A stretch of DNA of 64,000 bases from a virus (lineage: Duplodnaviria > Caudoviricetes). Positions 27,293 through 37,370 of the stretch are shown here, one piece after another; the first letter of the stretch is position 1, and the number at the start of each line of letters is the position of its first letter. The stretch is taken from positions 2,184 to 66,183 of IMG/VR virus record IMGVR_UViG_3300011429_000003. One strand, 5' to 3'. The notes below the pieces were generated by a model. The model saw only the letters and a program-made list of their open reading frames with translations, ran no database searches and was not told where the DNA came from. The position numbers and the translations under genes were made by a program.

Positions 27293-27898
27293 ATGGCCTT
27301 CACACTAGAAGATGGTAACGGGGTCGTGGGTGCCAACGCCTACGCCACGCACACGGAGTTCAACGCGCATCACGTGGACCGTGCACAGATCACGACCAAC
27401 GAGTTCACCCAGGCCCAGATAGAACCAGCCATCGTCGCGGCCACTGACTACATAGACAAGCGGTTCGGGCGCCGGTTCCGTGGCTTTCGCAAGTCCGGCA
27501 CGCAGGGCCTGGAGTGGCCGCGCCTGGACGCCTACGACGACGACGACTTCCTGCTCAGCGGTGTACCCGCCGCGCTGAAGAAGGCGACGGTGGAGTACGC
27601 GTGGGTGGTGCTGCGGTTGGAACGCAACCTGGCACCGATACCCGGCAACGAGTTCGCGATCGTGGACCCCGACACAGGCGAGGCGACCAGCGAGGTAAGT
27701 GGCATAGTGACCGGCAAGACGGAGACGGTCGGCCCCATCACGGAGGCCACGCAGTACCAGAGCTTCGCTGGCAGTGGCGCACACCCGATGACCAGCACCG
27801 GCAACCTGATACAACGCATCCCGGAGTACCCGCAGGCGGATCTCTGGATGGAGGAACTGCTGTTGTCGGCGTTCGGCAGGAGCGTGCGCCGTGGCTAA
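27293..27898 (+). CDS. Head-tail adaptor protein
   Basis: EDGNGVVGANAYAT, ATDYID, QGLEWPR, VPAALKKATVEYA. Confidence 0.85.
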   Translation: MAFTLEDGNGVVGANAYATHTEFNAHHVDRAQITTNEFTQAQIEPAIVAATDYIDKRFGRRFRGFRKSGTQGLEWPRLDAYDDDDFLLSGVPAALKKATVEYAWVVLRLERNLAPIPGNEFAIVDPDTGEATSEVSGIVTGKTETVGPITEATQYQSFAGSGAHPMTSTGNLIQRIPEYPQADLWMEELLLSAFGRSVRRG

Positions 27899-28262
27899 CT
27901 TCGTCAAGCTGGCGGCCACCGCGCAGCGCCTGATAGACAAGAACGGGCGCACGGCCACCATAGTGAAGCAGGGCAGCACACCGGTGGACGCGACCAAGCC
28001 CTGGCGCGGACAGGACACCACGCATCTGGCCCAGGTCACCGGCAAGGCGGTGTTCGTGGAACCCAGCAAGCGGGTAGCCAACGTGGACCAGACGAAGCGC
28101 GCGGAGCAGGTGGCATACTTCGCGGCCAACGGCGACGCGGGCCAGGCGCTGGAGACGTTCGACCTGATCGTGGACGGCAGTGTCATCTGGAAGATACTGC
28201 GTGCTGAGCTGCTGCGACCCGCCGACAAGAAGCTGTTGTACATCTTCGAGGTGTCGAGATGA
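27891..28262 (+). CDS. Head closure / head-tail joining protein
   Basis: ATAQRLIDKNGR N-terminus; synteny. Confidence 0.8.
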   Translation: MANFVKLAATAQRLIDKNGRTATIVKQGSTPVDATKPWRGQDTTHLAQVTGKAVFVEPSKRVANVDQTKRAEQVAYFAANGDAGQALETFDLIVDGSVIWKILRAELLRPADKKLLYIFEVSR

Positions 28263-28693
28263 CCGTGACCGGCGTGACACAGGCGCAGGACGAGGGGCTG
28301 AAGGCGTTCCGCGACGCGTGGGAGCTGGGGGCGCCTAGCCAGGGCGTGCCACTGCTCTACGACGACGTGGCCAGTGCGCCGCCGACCAGCGGCCCCTGGG
28401 CGCGCGTGTCGTTCCGCAACGTGGCGGGCAGGCAGGCCACGCTGTCCGGTGAGACTGGCAGGCGCATGTTCCAGCACACGGGCGTGGCGAGCGTGCAGAT
28501 ATTCACGCCCACCGGAGACGGGCGTGTGCTGGCAGATCAGCTGGCGCAGATCGCTAAGAACTCGTTCGAGGGGACGACGACTGCACCTGGTGACGTTAGA
28601 TTCCGCAACGCGCGGATCCTTCATGTCGGACAAGAGGGAGCATGGTTTCAAACTAACGTACTCGCCGACTTCGAGTACGAAGAGGTGAGGTAA
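28259..28693 (+). CDS. Tail terminator protein
   Basis: PWARVSF, GVASVQIFTPTGDG, WFQTNV. Confidence 0.8.
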   Translation: MTVTGVTQAQDEGLKAFRDAWELGAPSQGVPLLYDDVASAPPTSGPWARVSFRNVAGRQATLSGETGRRMFQHTGVASVQIFTPTGDGRVLADQLAQIAKNSFEGTTTAPGDVRFRNARILHVGQEGAWFQTNVLADFEYEEVR

Positions 28694-28698
28694 CAGAG

Positions 28699-30516
28699 AT
28701 GGCTATCAAGCAGACGATAGACAGTAACGTGACCGGGTTGCGCTACGCGGAGGAGGCGAGTTTCAAGGTCTTGCCTGCCACGCCTAGCTGGAAGCCGCTG
28801 GAGCCGAACACGTACACGGACTTCGGTGGGCAGATCACCACCCTCGCGCGTAACCCCATCAATCCCAGTCGCCAGCGCAAGAAGGGCGTGACCACCGATC
28901 TGGAGAGCGGCGGCGGGTTCGACACGGACATCACGCAGACCAACCTGCAGGACAAGCTGCAGGGGTTGTTCTACGCCAACCTGCGGCGCAAGCCGGAGAC
29001 GTTCGAGCGTACCAGTGGGCAGGGTGTCGTCACCTTCGAGCACGTGCCCTGCACCAACGTGAACGGCACCACCGAGGTGTACACGTTCAGCAACCTGCAG
29101 CTCACGGTGGCGGTCGTAGCGGCTGGTGGTGCAGGCTACGTGGTGGGTGACGTGCTCACGCTCAGCGGTGGTACGTTCACCACGGCGGCGCAGGTCACCG
29201 TGCTGACGGCCCCGGCTGGCGTGGTGGCTACGGTCAGTATCACGCGCCCGGGGCGCTACACCGTGGCACCGGGCAACCCGGTGGCCACCACGGGCGGTAC
29301 CGGTGCGGGCTGCACCATCACGGCGACCATCACCACGGGGGCGGTCACGTTTCTCGTTGGCAACCTGGTCTTCATGAGCGGGTTCACCAACGCGGCCAAC
29401 AACGGCCTGAAGCGCGTGACGGCGGCTACCACCACCACCATCACGGTGGCGGAGAACGTGGTCAACGAGACGCCCAGCGTCACGGCTGCCGAGGTGACGG
29501 TGGTCGGGCACCAAGGTGCGGCGGGCGATCTGGACATAGACAACGCGGGCAGTCTGCCCGCGCTGACGACCACGGTGCTCAACCTCACCACACTGAACCT
29601 GACGGTGGGAGAGTGGATGTTCCTCGGCGGAGACCTGGCCGCCAACCAGTTCGACACCGCCGCGAACAACGGGTTCAAGCGCATCCGCACGATCGCGGCC
29701 AACCGCATCGAGTTCGACAAGAGCGCCAGCGCCATGGTGACGGAGGCCAACGCGGCCGACACCATCCAGATCTTCTTCGGGCGCGTGCTCAAGAACGAGC
29801 TGGGTACGGCCATCGTGCGCCGCACGTACAACCTGGAGCGCACGCTGGGTGCCCCAGACGACACGCTGCCCAGCAGCCCGCAGGCGGAGTACCTGGAAGG
29901 CCAGGTACTCAACGAGGCCACCATCAACATCCCCGTGGCCAACAAGGTCACGGTGGACTTGACCTACGTGGGGGCGGACCACACCACGCGCACGCACCTG
30001 GCGGGGCTGAAGAGCGGTACACGGCCCAACTTGGCGGAGGCCGACGCCTTCAACACCAGCAGCGACTTCAGCCGCATCAAGATGCACGTCGTGACGGCAG
30101 GTAGCCCGGCACCGAGCGCGCTGTTCGCGTTCCTGACGGAGCTCAGTTTCTCGTTCAACAACAACGCCACCCCGCTCAAGGCGGTGGGCATCCTGGGCGC
30201 GTTCGAGGTGAGCAGCGGTACGTTCGAGGTGCAGGGCAGCGTGACCGCCTACTTCTCCACGGTGGACGCGGTGGCGGCTGTGCGCAACAACAGCGACGTC
30301 ACCATCGACTGTCACATGGTGAAGGCCAACGCGGGTATCACCATCGACCTGCCGCTCGTCAGCCTGGGTAACGGGCGGCTGAACGTGGAGCAGGACCAGC
30401 CCATCACGCTGCCGCTGGACATGCCAGCTGCAACCGGGGCGAAGATCGACGCGAACCTGGACTACACGACGCTGATGATTTTCTGGGACTACCTGCCCAG
30501 CGCTGCGGACGTGTAG
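28699..30516 (+). CDS. Major tail tube protein with large internal beta-rich insertion
   Basis: DSNVTGLRYAEE, ARNPINPSRQRKKG, FEVQGSVTAYF; Thr/Gly/Val-rich insert. Confidence 0.85.
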   Translation: MAIKQTIDSNVTGLRYAEEASFKVLPATPSWKPLEPNTYTDFGGQITTLARNPINPSRQRKKGVTTDLESGGGFDTDITQTNLQDKLQGLFYANLRRKPETFERTSGQGVVTFEHVPCTNVNGTTEVYTFSNLQLTVAVVAAGGAGYVVGDVLTLSGGTFTTAAQVTVLTAPAGVVATVSITRPGRYTVAPGNPVATTGGTGAGCTITATITTGAVTFLVGNLVFMSGFTNAANNGLKRVTAATTTTITVAENVVNETPSVTAAEVTVVGHQGAAGDLDIDNAGSLPALTTTVLNLTTLNLTVGEWMFLGGDLAANQFDTAANNGFKRIRTIAANRIEFDKSASAMVTEANAADTIQIFFGRVLKNELGTAIVRRTYNLERTLGAPDDTLPSSPQAEYLEGQVLNEATINIPVANKVTVDLTYVGADHTTRTHLAGLKSGTRPNLAEADAFNTSSDFSRIKMHVVTAGSPAPSALFAFLTELSFSFNNNATPLKAVGILGAFEVSSGTFEVQGSVTAYFSTVDAVAAVRNNSDVTIDCHMVKANAGITIDLPLVSLGNGRLNVEQDQPITLPLDMPAATGAKIDANLDYTTLMIFWDYLPSAADV

Positions 30517-30541
30517 GCCCAGAGCAAAAAGGAGAACAGTC

Positions 30542-30787
30542 ATGGGTGCTTTCGGAAAAGGTATCAGGGACCTGACGAGTAAGTTGGGCGGCAGGAAGCC
30601 GACGCCTGCGGACAGCTTGGCCACGCCGTTGCCCAAGGTGAAGGGCGTGCTGCAGGGGCCGACACTGGCACCGAAGATGGTGTACGGAAACGCCAAGGCG
30701 CGCAACGCCATTCTCAGCCAGGCCGAGGCGGAGCTGAACAGTCAGACCAATCAGGCCATGAAGAAGAAGATCAAGGAACAGAAGTAG
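30542..30787 (+). CDS. Small basic hypothetical protein
   Basis: SD AAGGAG. Confidence 0.55.
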   Translation: MGAFGKGIRDLTSKLGGRKPTPADSLATPLPKVKGVLQGPTLAPKMVYGNAKARNAILSQAEAELNSQTNQAMKKKIKEQK

Positions 30788-30812
30788 ACGGCACAAGGAG
30801 GAGGAGCTAGCT

Positions 30813-31268
30813 ATGGGTAGCATGTACGAGATGTTCGACACGGACACCAAGTCCGAGAAGGACGGGGTCTGGGTTGACTATGGGGAGTTCCGCACGCAGC
30901 TCGCGCGCGCAGGCGGTGCGAACAAGTTGTTCCAGCGCACGCTGGAACTGAAGAGCAGGCCGTACCGGCGCGCCATTCAGACGGAGACCATCGACGTGGA
31001 GACGGCTAACCGTATTCTGCGCGAGACCTATGTCGTCGCCGTGGTGCGAGACTGGCAGGTCAAGGTGAACGGCGAGTGGCAGCAGGGCATCCACGCCGAG
31101 GACGGCAGCGTGCTGTCCTTCACCAAGGACAACGTCACGGCCACCTACGAGCGGTTGCCCGAACTGTTCGACGAGCACCGAGAGATGGCCAGTAAGACGG
31201 CGCTGTACCGCGCCACGCTGCGGGAGGAGGGCGCAAAAAACTCGTCGGGTGTCTCCTCTACACCTTAG
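30813..31268 (+). CDS. Tail assembly chaperone (gpG-like)
   Basis: Between tail tube and tape measure; A AAA AAC at 31235-31241. Confidence 0.85.
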   Translation: MGSMYEMFDTDTKSEKDGVWVDYGEFRTQLARAGGANKLFQRTLELKSRPYRRAIQTETIDVETANRILRETYVVAVVRDWQVKVNGEWQQGIHAEDGSVLSFTKDNVTATYERLPELFDEHREMASKTALYRATLREEGAKNSSGVSSTP

Positions 31269-31564
31269 AGCAGGCACCGGTCGAGGCCAAGATAATCCAG
31301 CAGTGCATGCGCGAGCGGCTGCCGTTGCCTGCCAAGATACGGGAGGCACCGAGTCTCTTCCAGGGGTTGGAGCTGTATTATGACGCGTTCCTGGAACTGA
31401 GCAGCTGTAGGTTCACGGGGTTCGCGCTAGGCCCCATACCATGGACCGCCATGCGCGACTACGCCGAAGCGTTCGAGCTGGACGAGGAGCAGAAGGACGA
31501 CTTGTTCTACTTCGTGCGTGCGATGGACGTAGCGTACCTGGAACACCAAGCGAGGAGGAAGTGA
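31235..31564 (+). CDS. -1 frameshifted tail chaperone extension (gpGT-like)
   Basis: -1 frame is open from the slippery site through GPIPWTAMRDYA to the stop at 31564. Confidence 0.8.
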   Translation, partial: KKLVGCLLYTLEQAPVEAKIIQQCMRERLPLPAKIREAPSLFQGLELYYDAFLELSSCRFTGFALGPIPWTAMRDYAEAFELDEEQKDDLFYFVRAMDVAYLEHQARRK

Positions 31565-31567
31565 ACC

Positions 31568-31987
31568 GTGGCTACGTCTAGGACTCTCGGACAGTTCGCG
31601 CGGCGCATGCGGTTGCGTGCGGACCAGGTTGTAGCCAACACCGAGAAGGCCGTGCGGCGCGCAGCCCTGGCCGCTGACCAGACCCTCGTGCTAGCCACCC
31701 CAGTTGACACTGGGCGCGCGCGCGGCGCGTGGCTGGCCAGCATCAACAGTATCCGCGAGCGGTTCGATGCCGCCACTGACAGGGCGGGGGCCACCACTAT
31801 AGCTGAAGCTCAGCAGGTCATAGACCAGTGGAAGCTGGGCGACGGTACCATCTTCATCTCCAACAGTGTTCCGTACATCGTGCCGCTGGACGAGGGGCAC
31901 AGCAAGCAGGCCCCCGGGGGCATGTCTGCTGCGGGCCTGGCCGCCGCGCGCGCGGAGCTGCGGAACGCGAAGCTGCTAGAGGGATAG
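31568..31987 (+). CDS. Tail completion protein (HK97 gp10-like)
   Basis: TPVDTGRARGAW, ISNSVPYIVPLDEGHSKQAPGGM. Confidence 0.8.
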   Translation: MATSRTLGQFARRMRLRADQVVANTEKAVRRAALAADQTLVLATPVDTGRARGAWLASINSIRERFDAATDRAGATTIAEAQQVIDQWKLGDGTIFISNSVPYIVPLDEGHSKQAPGGMSAAGLAAARAELRNAKLLEG

Positions 31988-31988
31988 G

Positions 31989-34142
31989 ATGCCGACAGAA
32001 CGCCTCATACTTGAGATAGACGAGAAGGGTGCGCGTGTAGTAGAGCGCAACGTAAGCCGGATAGGCGAGGGGGCCAAGAAGTCCGATGATGCGGTAAAAC
32101 TCCTCCGCCGCACACTGGGTCTCCTCGCCACCGGCGCTACCATACGCGCGCTGCTGCAGTACAGCGACGCGTTCACCCGTATCCAGAACCAGCTGCGCGG
32201 TGCCACCACCAGCAGCCAGCAGCTGACGGAAGTCACGCAGCGGTTGTTCGAGGTGGCGCAGCGCACGCGTCAAGACTTCGAGACCACCGTCGGCGTGTAC
32301 GACCGCATATCCAACGTGCAGAAGGATCTCGGTATCACGCAGGACCGCGCCATCAAGCTGCAGGAGCAGCTCAACCAGGCCGTGCTCGCCAGCGGCGGCA
32401 ACCTGCAGCAGGCGGCGGAACCGCTCAGCAGGTTCGTCACCGGGCTAGCCGACGGTAGCCTGAAGGGCATCGAGCTCACCCGGACGTTGAATCAACTTCC
32501 GGGTGTGGCGCGCGTGATCGCGGATCACCTCAAGGTGAACATCGGCGAGCTCGCGGCGCTGGCTGACCAGGGCAAGATCACGAGCCAGACCATCATCGCC
32601 GCGTTCGACAGTCAGGAGGAGAAGCTGCGCAAGCAGGCCGAGGAGACGGTGCCCACGCTGCGCGAGGCGTTCACCACGCTGAACAACGAGCTGATCAACC
32701 AGGCGGGTGCGCTCAACAAGAACACCGGCGCCGTGGACTTCCTGGCCAAGTCCATGATATCGCTGTCCAAGAACATGGGTACGGTCATCTCGGCGGCCAA
32801 GGCGCTGATACCCTTGCTGACAATCGTGTTCGCGCAGCAGCTGGTGGCTCTTGGCGTGAAGGCTGTCAACAGCACCACTTCTGCAATCAACGGCCTGACT
32901 GAAGGCATGAAGCTGCTCACGACGACAGGTATGGCCCAGATGTTGGCTAGCCTGAAGAGCCTGACTGCCGCGTTCAACCAGCTGTGGAAGGTGATACTGG
33001 CCAACCCGCTGGTGGCCGTAGGTGCGGTGGCCATCGGTGCGTTCATCCTGCAGGCGGACGCGCTCAAGCGCAAGGAAGCCGAGGTGGAGGCGCAGGAGGA
33101 GAAGGTACATAAGCAGATCCTCGAGCACATACGCGCGCGACGCGCGCAGGTGGTGGCCAACAAGGAGGCCAGCGAGAGCTTCACCAAGTTCATAGACGCG
33201 TTGAAGCAGGAGAACGAGCTGCTCAAGTTGAGCGAGAAGGATCGCGAGGTACGGCAGGCGCTGCTGGAAGCGGAGAAGGCCGTAGGTCACGATCTCACCG
33301 ATCAGCAGGAGCGCCAAGTTGCTGCGCTCGTCAGGCAGAAGCAGGCGCTCGAGGAGGCCAACATTCCGCTGGAGGAACGGCTGGGCCTGTTGGTCAAGCA
33401 GCGCGAGTTCCAGCAGCAGGCCGCCCAGCTGGAAGGTGCGTTGGCAAGTGGTAAAGACATCACCGATGTCCTAGCGCCGAAGCCTCGCATAGAGGCCGGA
33501 GACCTGAAGGGTCCGCTCGGCATAGACCAGACGGAAGTGGAGCAGACGGTGCTCACACTGGGCGAGCTCGGAGACGAGATGGCGTACCTCAACCACCTGT
33601 TCCGCCAGGGCGTCATTGATCAGGGAGAGTACGAGCGCCGCATGTCAGATCTGCGCCAGACCGCAGACGAGTTCACGGAGGGGCAGCGCCTGGCTGCAGC
33701 TGCCATCACGAGCGCGTTCGACAGTGCCATACAAGGGTTGACGGACAGCACGCGCACGTTCCGTGACTTCTTCATGGACATCGCCAACGACATCTTCAAT
33801 CTCACCAGTCGCATACTGCTGTCGCAGGGCCTGGCCGCGCTGGGGCTACCGGCCTTTCAGCACGGCGGCAGCTTCCAGGTGGGCGGTAGTGGTGGGCCTG
33901 ACAGCCAGATGGTCGCCTTCGCCGCCACACCCGGCGAGCGCGTGAACGTGAGCACGAGCACGCAGCAGCAGCAGGGCCAGCAGGGGCAGGCCGCGCCGGT
34001 GGTGGTGCCACCGCCACGGGTGGTCGTCAACTTCGACCCGCGCAGCATGCTGGACACCCTGAACACGTCTGCAGGGGACCGCACGCTGCTCAGCTTCGTG
34101 CAGCGCAACCCCGCGCAGATCAAGCGTGCGTTGGGGGGCTAG
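31989..34142 (+). CDS. Tape measure protein
   Basis: Helical Ala/Leu-rich; tape-measure N-domain; C-terminal FQHGGSF.VGG.GGPDSQ.V.F.ATPGERV. Confidence 0.9.
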   Translation: MPTERLILEIDEKGARVVERNVSRIGEGAKKSDDAVKLLRRTLGLLATGATIRALLQYSDAFTRIQNQLRGATTSSQQLTEVTQRLFEVAQRTRQDFETTVGVYDRISNVQKDLGITQDRAIKLQEQLNQAVLASGGNLQQAAEPLSRFVTGLADGSLKGIELTRTLNQLPGVARVIADHLKVNIGELAALADQGKITSQTIIAAFDSQEEKLRKQAEETVPTLREAFTTLNNELINQAGALNKNTGAVDFLAKSMISLSKNMGTVISAAKALIPLLTIVFAQQLVALGVKAVNSTTSAINGLTEGMKLLTTTGMAQMLASLKSLTAAFNQLWKVILANPLVAVGAVAIGAFILQADALKRKEAEVEAQEEKVHKQILEHIRARRAQVVANKEASESFTKFIDALKQENELLKLSEKDREVRQALLEAEKAVGHDLTDQQERQVAALVRQKQALEEANIPLEERLGLLVKQREFQQQAAQLEGALASGKDITDVLAPKPRIEAGDLKGPLGIDQTEVEQTVLTLGELGDEMAYLNHLFRQGVIDQGEYERRMSDLRQTADEFTEGQRLAAAAITSAFDSAIQGLTDSTRTFRDFFMDIANDIFNLTSRILLSQGLAALGLPAFQHGGSFQVGGSGGPDSQMVAFAATPGERVNVSTSTQQQQGQQGQAAPVVVPPPRVVVNFDPRSMLDTLNTSAGDRTLLSFVQRNPAQIKRALGG

Positions 34143-36560
34143 GTGGCTGACTGGTACATGAGCACCCTGGGTAGCGACGCGAACCCCGGCACCAAGGACA
34201 GCCCCAAGCTGACACTGACGAGCATCATGGGGCTCAGCGGCCTGGCCACCGGCGACAGGGTGAACGTGGTGCGCGACGGCATACACCGCTGGCCGCCGCA
34301 CACCGTGCGCGCCATAGCGAAGCCCGGTGTGGTGGGCAGCGATCTAGGTTTCGGGCGGGGGCTGCTGATACGCGGTGTGGATAGGTTCGACAATCCGGCG
34401 CCGGTGGTGTTCAAGGCACTGAGCGCCGACGGCAACGTGACACGCAGCCTGCTGGCCTACGAGGCAGACACCACCGGCTACTACGTGTTCCGTAACATCA
34501 TCTTCGACGCGACCGAGGTGACAGGACACACCGCCAGCGCGCGTTGTCTCTTCTGGGACGTGCCGGGCAACGTGAGCAGGCCCACCAAGTGGGAAGGCTG
34601 CGAGGTACTAGGTGGGCCGCTAGGTACGATCGCTGGAGGGCAGCGCTGGCTGATAGACGGCGGCGGGTTCTCTGGTAGTGTGACACGCCTCATGTCCGTC
34701 GTGACTGGGTGCTACTTCCAGAACGTCTCGTCTCTCGGCGACTTCTTCGGTGTTCATAGTCAGCAGTGGGATCACTTCGTGCGGTACCACGACTCCACCT
34801 CGTCACCTGCCAGCAACAACATCGCCATCGGCACGGGTACGGCGGCCATCACAGATCTGATTCAGGACTTCCACAGCTGGACGTACTATGCGAACGGTCC
34901 GACTAGTCTCAACCCGATCTTCTCCGCCGGTATCGTCGCTACTCGTCCGGACATCGGTACATGGTCGTTCTACAACACGCTGTTCTTCCACCAGCGTGCG
35001 ACCTCCGGTAATGTCGGCAATCCGTTCATGGACAACGCTATAGCGGAACCCACCAGCATCGTCGTCACGCGCAACATCGGCGGCAATGTGTTCCTGTACG
35101 GTACCAACGTCACGTCGTTCACCAACGCGGACGGGCACTACGAGAACCTGTGGGACGAGGATCGCGACGACACCACCGGCAACGACCCGTGGGCTACGGA
35201 CACGTTCGCGCTCAACCAGTACGAGGCCGACGTGTTCGCCAACCCCACCAAGCCCTACGCGTGGGATCCGCTGGGTAACGGTGCGACCATCCTGTTGCCC
35301 AAGGACCTGCGCCCCATCAAGTACAAGACCAGCGGGCTCGCTGGTGCCACGCCCGGCGCCCTGCCCGCCTTCACGCCGACGAGCCTGGACTGGCTGCGCG
35401 TGGAACCCGAGGTGCCGGTGAGCGAGCAGTGGAGCTGGCTGAGCAGCGTGGTCACGGCGGACAACGGCAGCGCCGAGCAGCGCATGGCCCTGCGCATGCA
35501 GCCGCGCCGCCGCGTGGAGTGTGAGGTGTTCGTCACCGATGAGAACCGCCGCCGCGAGGAGTATCGCCGCATCCACGACGCCAGCGTGGGCCGCATGAAC
35601 CTGCCCATGTATCAGTACGCCACGAACCTGACGCAGACCACACTGGCCGGTGCCACGAAGATATTCTTCAACCCAGCGCGTACCGACGTGCGCAACGACG
35701 AGTACGTCGTCGTGTTCCGCCCTGGCACCGAGGAGTCGTTCCTGTTCCAGGTGACCACGGTGGTCTCGGACGGGGCCAACCTCGCGCTCCCACTGGGCCA
35801 GGACGTGCGTACGACGGATGTGGTGGTGCCTACCGCCCTGGCCTTCCTGGAGAACGGGCTAGGGCCTGACATGCGCACCGTGACGGGGCGGCTACGCCTG
35901 TCGTTCCTGATCGGCGAGACGCGGCCCACCTTCCCGCGCCCAGGTAGCACGGCTGTGATCGCCACGTTCGACGGACTGAACGTACTGGACAAGCGGCCCG
36001 TCGTGGACGGTGACGTACCGGAGAAGTTCGACCGGAACCCCACCGCGCTGGACACGGAGACCGGTGTCTACGAGGAGCGTGTCACGTGGCTGCACCCGTT
36101 CGCTGCCGGTGTGCGCAGGTTCCACGCGGTGCGGCCAGACGACATGGACTATTGGCGCGATTTCCTGCACGCGGCGCGCGGCATGCGCGAACCTTTCCTG
36201 GCGCCGACGTTCCGGGAGGACTTTCTGCTCTCTGCGACACCCAGTAGTAGCAGCAGCACCATAGACGTGTTCACCGCGAACTACAGCACAGCCTACTTCG
36301 TGCGTGACACGTACAAGCGGCTGCGACTGGAGGCGCCGGACGGCAGCGTGCTGTACCGCAAGGTGACCGGTGTGCTGGTGCTCACGTCGACCACGCAGCG
36401 CCTGACGCTGAACACCGCGCTGCCCGGCACGGCCAACTGGGGCGTCGGGTTCAAGGTGGGCTACCTCAACCGGGTGCGCCTGGGCAACGACGTCGTTAAC
36501 TTGCTGCACGAGACCACCCGAACCCAGATAGAGCTGGCGCTCAGGACGACGGACACATGA
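34143..36560 (+). CDS. Minor tail protein with N-terminal beta-helix-like domain
   Basis: GSDANPGTKDSP start; C-terminal WSWLSSVVTADNGSAEQRMALRMQPRR, RGMREPFLAPTF. Confidence 0.7.
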   Translation: MADWYMSTLGSDANPGTKDSPKLTLTSIMGLSGLATGDRVNVVRDGIHRWPPHTVRAIAKPGVVGSDLGFGRGLLIRGVDRFDNPAPVVFKALSADGNVTRSLLAYEADTTGYYVFRNIIFDATEVTGHTASARCLFWDVPGNVSRPTKWEGCEVLGGPLGTIAGGQRWLIDGGGFSGSVTRLMSVVTGCYFQNVSSLGDFFGVHSQQWDHFVRYHDSTSSPASNNIAIGTGTAAITDLIQDFHSWTYYANGPTSLNPIFSAGIVATRPDIGTWSFYNTLFFHQRATSGNVGNPFMDNAIAEPTSIVVTRNIGGNVFLYGTNVTSFTNADGHYENLWDEDRDDTTGNDPWATDTFALNQYEADVFANPTKPYAWDPLGNGATILLPKDLRPIKYKTSGLAGATPGALPAFTPTSLDWLRVEPEVPVSEQWSWLSSVVTADNGSAEQRMALRMQPRRRVECEVFVTDENRRREEYRRIHDASVGRMNLPMYQYATNLTQTTLAGATKIFFNPARTDVRNDEYVVVFRPGTEESFLFQVTTVVSDGANLALPLGQDVRTTDVVVPTALAFLENGLGPDMRTVTGRLRLSFLIGETRPTFPRPGSTAVIATFDGLNVLDKRPVVDGDVPEKFDRNPTALDTETGVYEERVTWLHPFAAGVRRFHAVRPDDMDYWRDFLHAARGMREPFLAPTFREDFLLSATPSSSSSTIDVFTANYSTAYFVRDTYKRLRLEAPDGSVLYRKVTGVLVLTSTTQRLTLNTALPGTANWGVGFKVGYLNRVRLGNDVVNLLHETTRTQIELALRTTDT

Positions 36561-37369
36561 CATACGACAGCTTCGAGCTCAGCGCACACGACGGCGGTCC
36601 GGTGGAGGGCTATCACTTCAGCGGTACGGCTGGTGGCTGGCGCTACACCAACGCGCAACGTGACGTGACCATAGACGGTCTGGTGTACACGGCGGCGTTC
36701 ATCAAGCGCGCGGCCATCCGCGCCGGTACACACACGGACGACGCGCTGGAGCTGGAGGTGGAACTGCCGTTCGAGACCCCGCTCATACAGACATACGCGT
36801 TCTCGCCGTCACTGCCGGATCTGTCACTGACCGTGTACCGATACCACGAGGACAGCGACCCCGCCGTGGACTGGGTGGTCGTATGGCGTGGGCGCGTGAC
36901 CACTTTCAACGTGGCAGGCGAGGTGGCGAAGATCCGAGTGCCCAGCGTGTTCGAGCTGGCGTTGCGCGGCGCCGTGCCCAGCGCCTTCTACCACGGGCCG
37001 TGCAACCACGTGCTGTACGACGTGCGCTGCAAGGCGGTGGTGCAGCAGGCGGTGACCACCGTGACGAGCGTGACCGGGGGCGGCCTGACCATAGGTGTCA
37101 CCAACGACGGGTTCGCGGACAACTATCTCAAGGCAGGCACGCTGTACCTCCCGGCCAAGGGCGAGCGGCGCCTGATACAGAGCAACGTGGCGAACGTGCT
37201 GGGTATCAGCTTCGCGTTCTTTGACGTAGACAACGGAGACGAGGCGGTACTCGTCGTCGGGTGCGACCACGCATATCAGGGTGACTGCAAGGTCAAGCAC
37301 AACAACACCATCAACTTCGGTGGGTTCCCATACGTGCCTGCGGAGAATCCGTTCGAGGGGAGCCTCTAG
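36557..37369 (+). CDS. Tail hub / gpL-like (DUF2163-BR0599-type) protein
   Basis: PVEGYHF...WRYT, CNHVLYDVRC, GCDH...CKVKHNNTINFGGFPYVP. Confidence 0.85.
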   Translation: MTYDSFELSAHDGGPVEGYHFSGTAGGWRYTNAQRDVTIDGLVYTAAFIKRAAIRAGTHTDDALELEVELPFETPLIQTYAFSPSLPDLSLTVYRYHEDSDPAVDWVVVWRGRVTTFNVAGEVAKIRVPSVFELALRGAVPSAFYHGPCNHVLYDVRCKAVVQQAVTTVTSVTGGGLTIGVTNDGFADNYLKAGTLYLPAKGERRLIQSNVANVLGISFAFFDVDNGDEAVLVVGCDHAYQGDCKVKHNNTINFGGFPYVPAENPFEGSL

Positions 37370-37370
37370 C

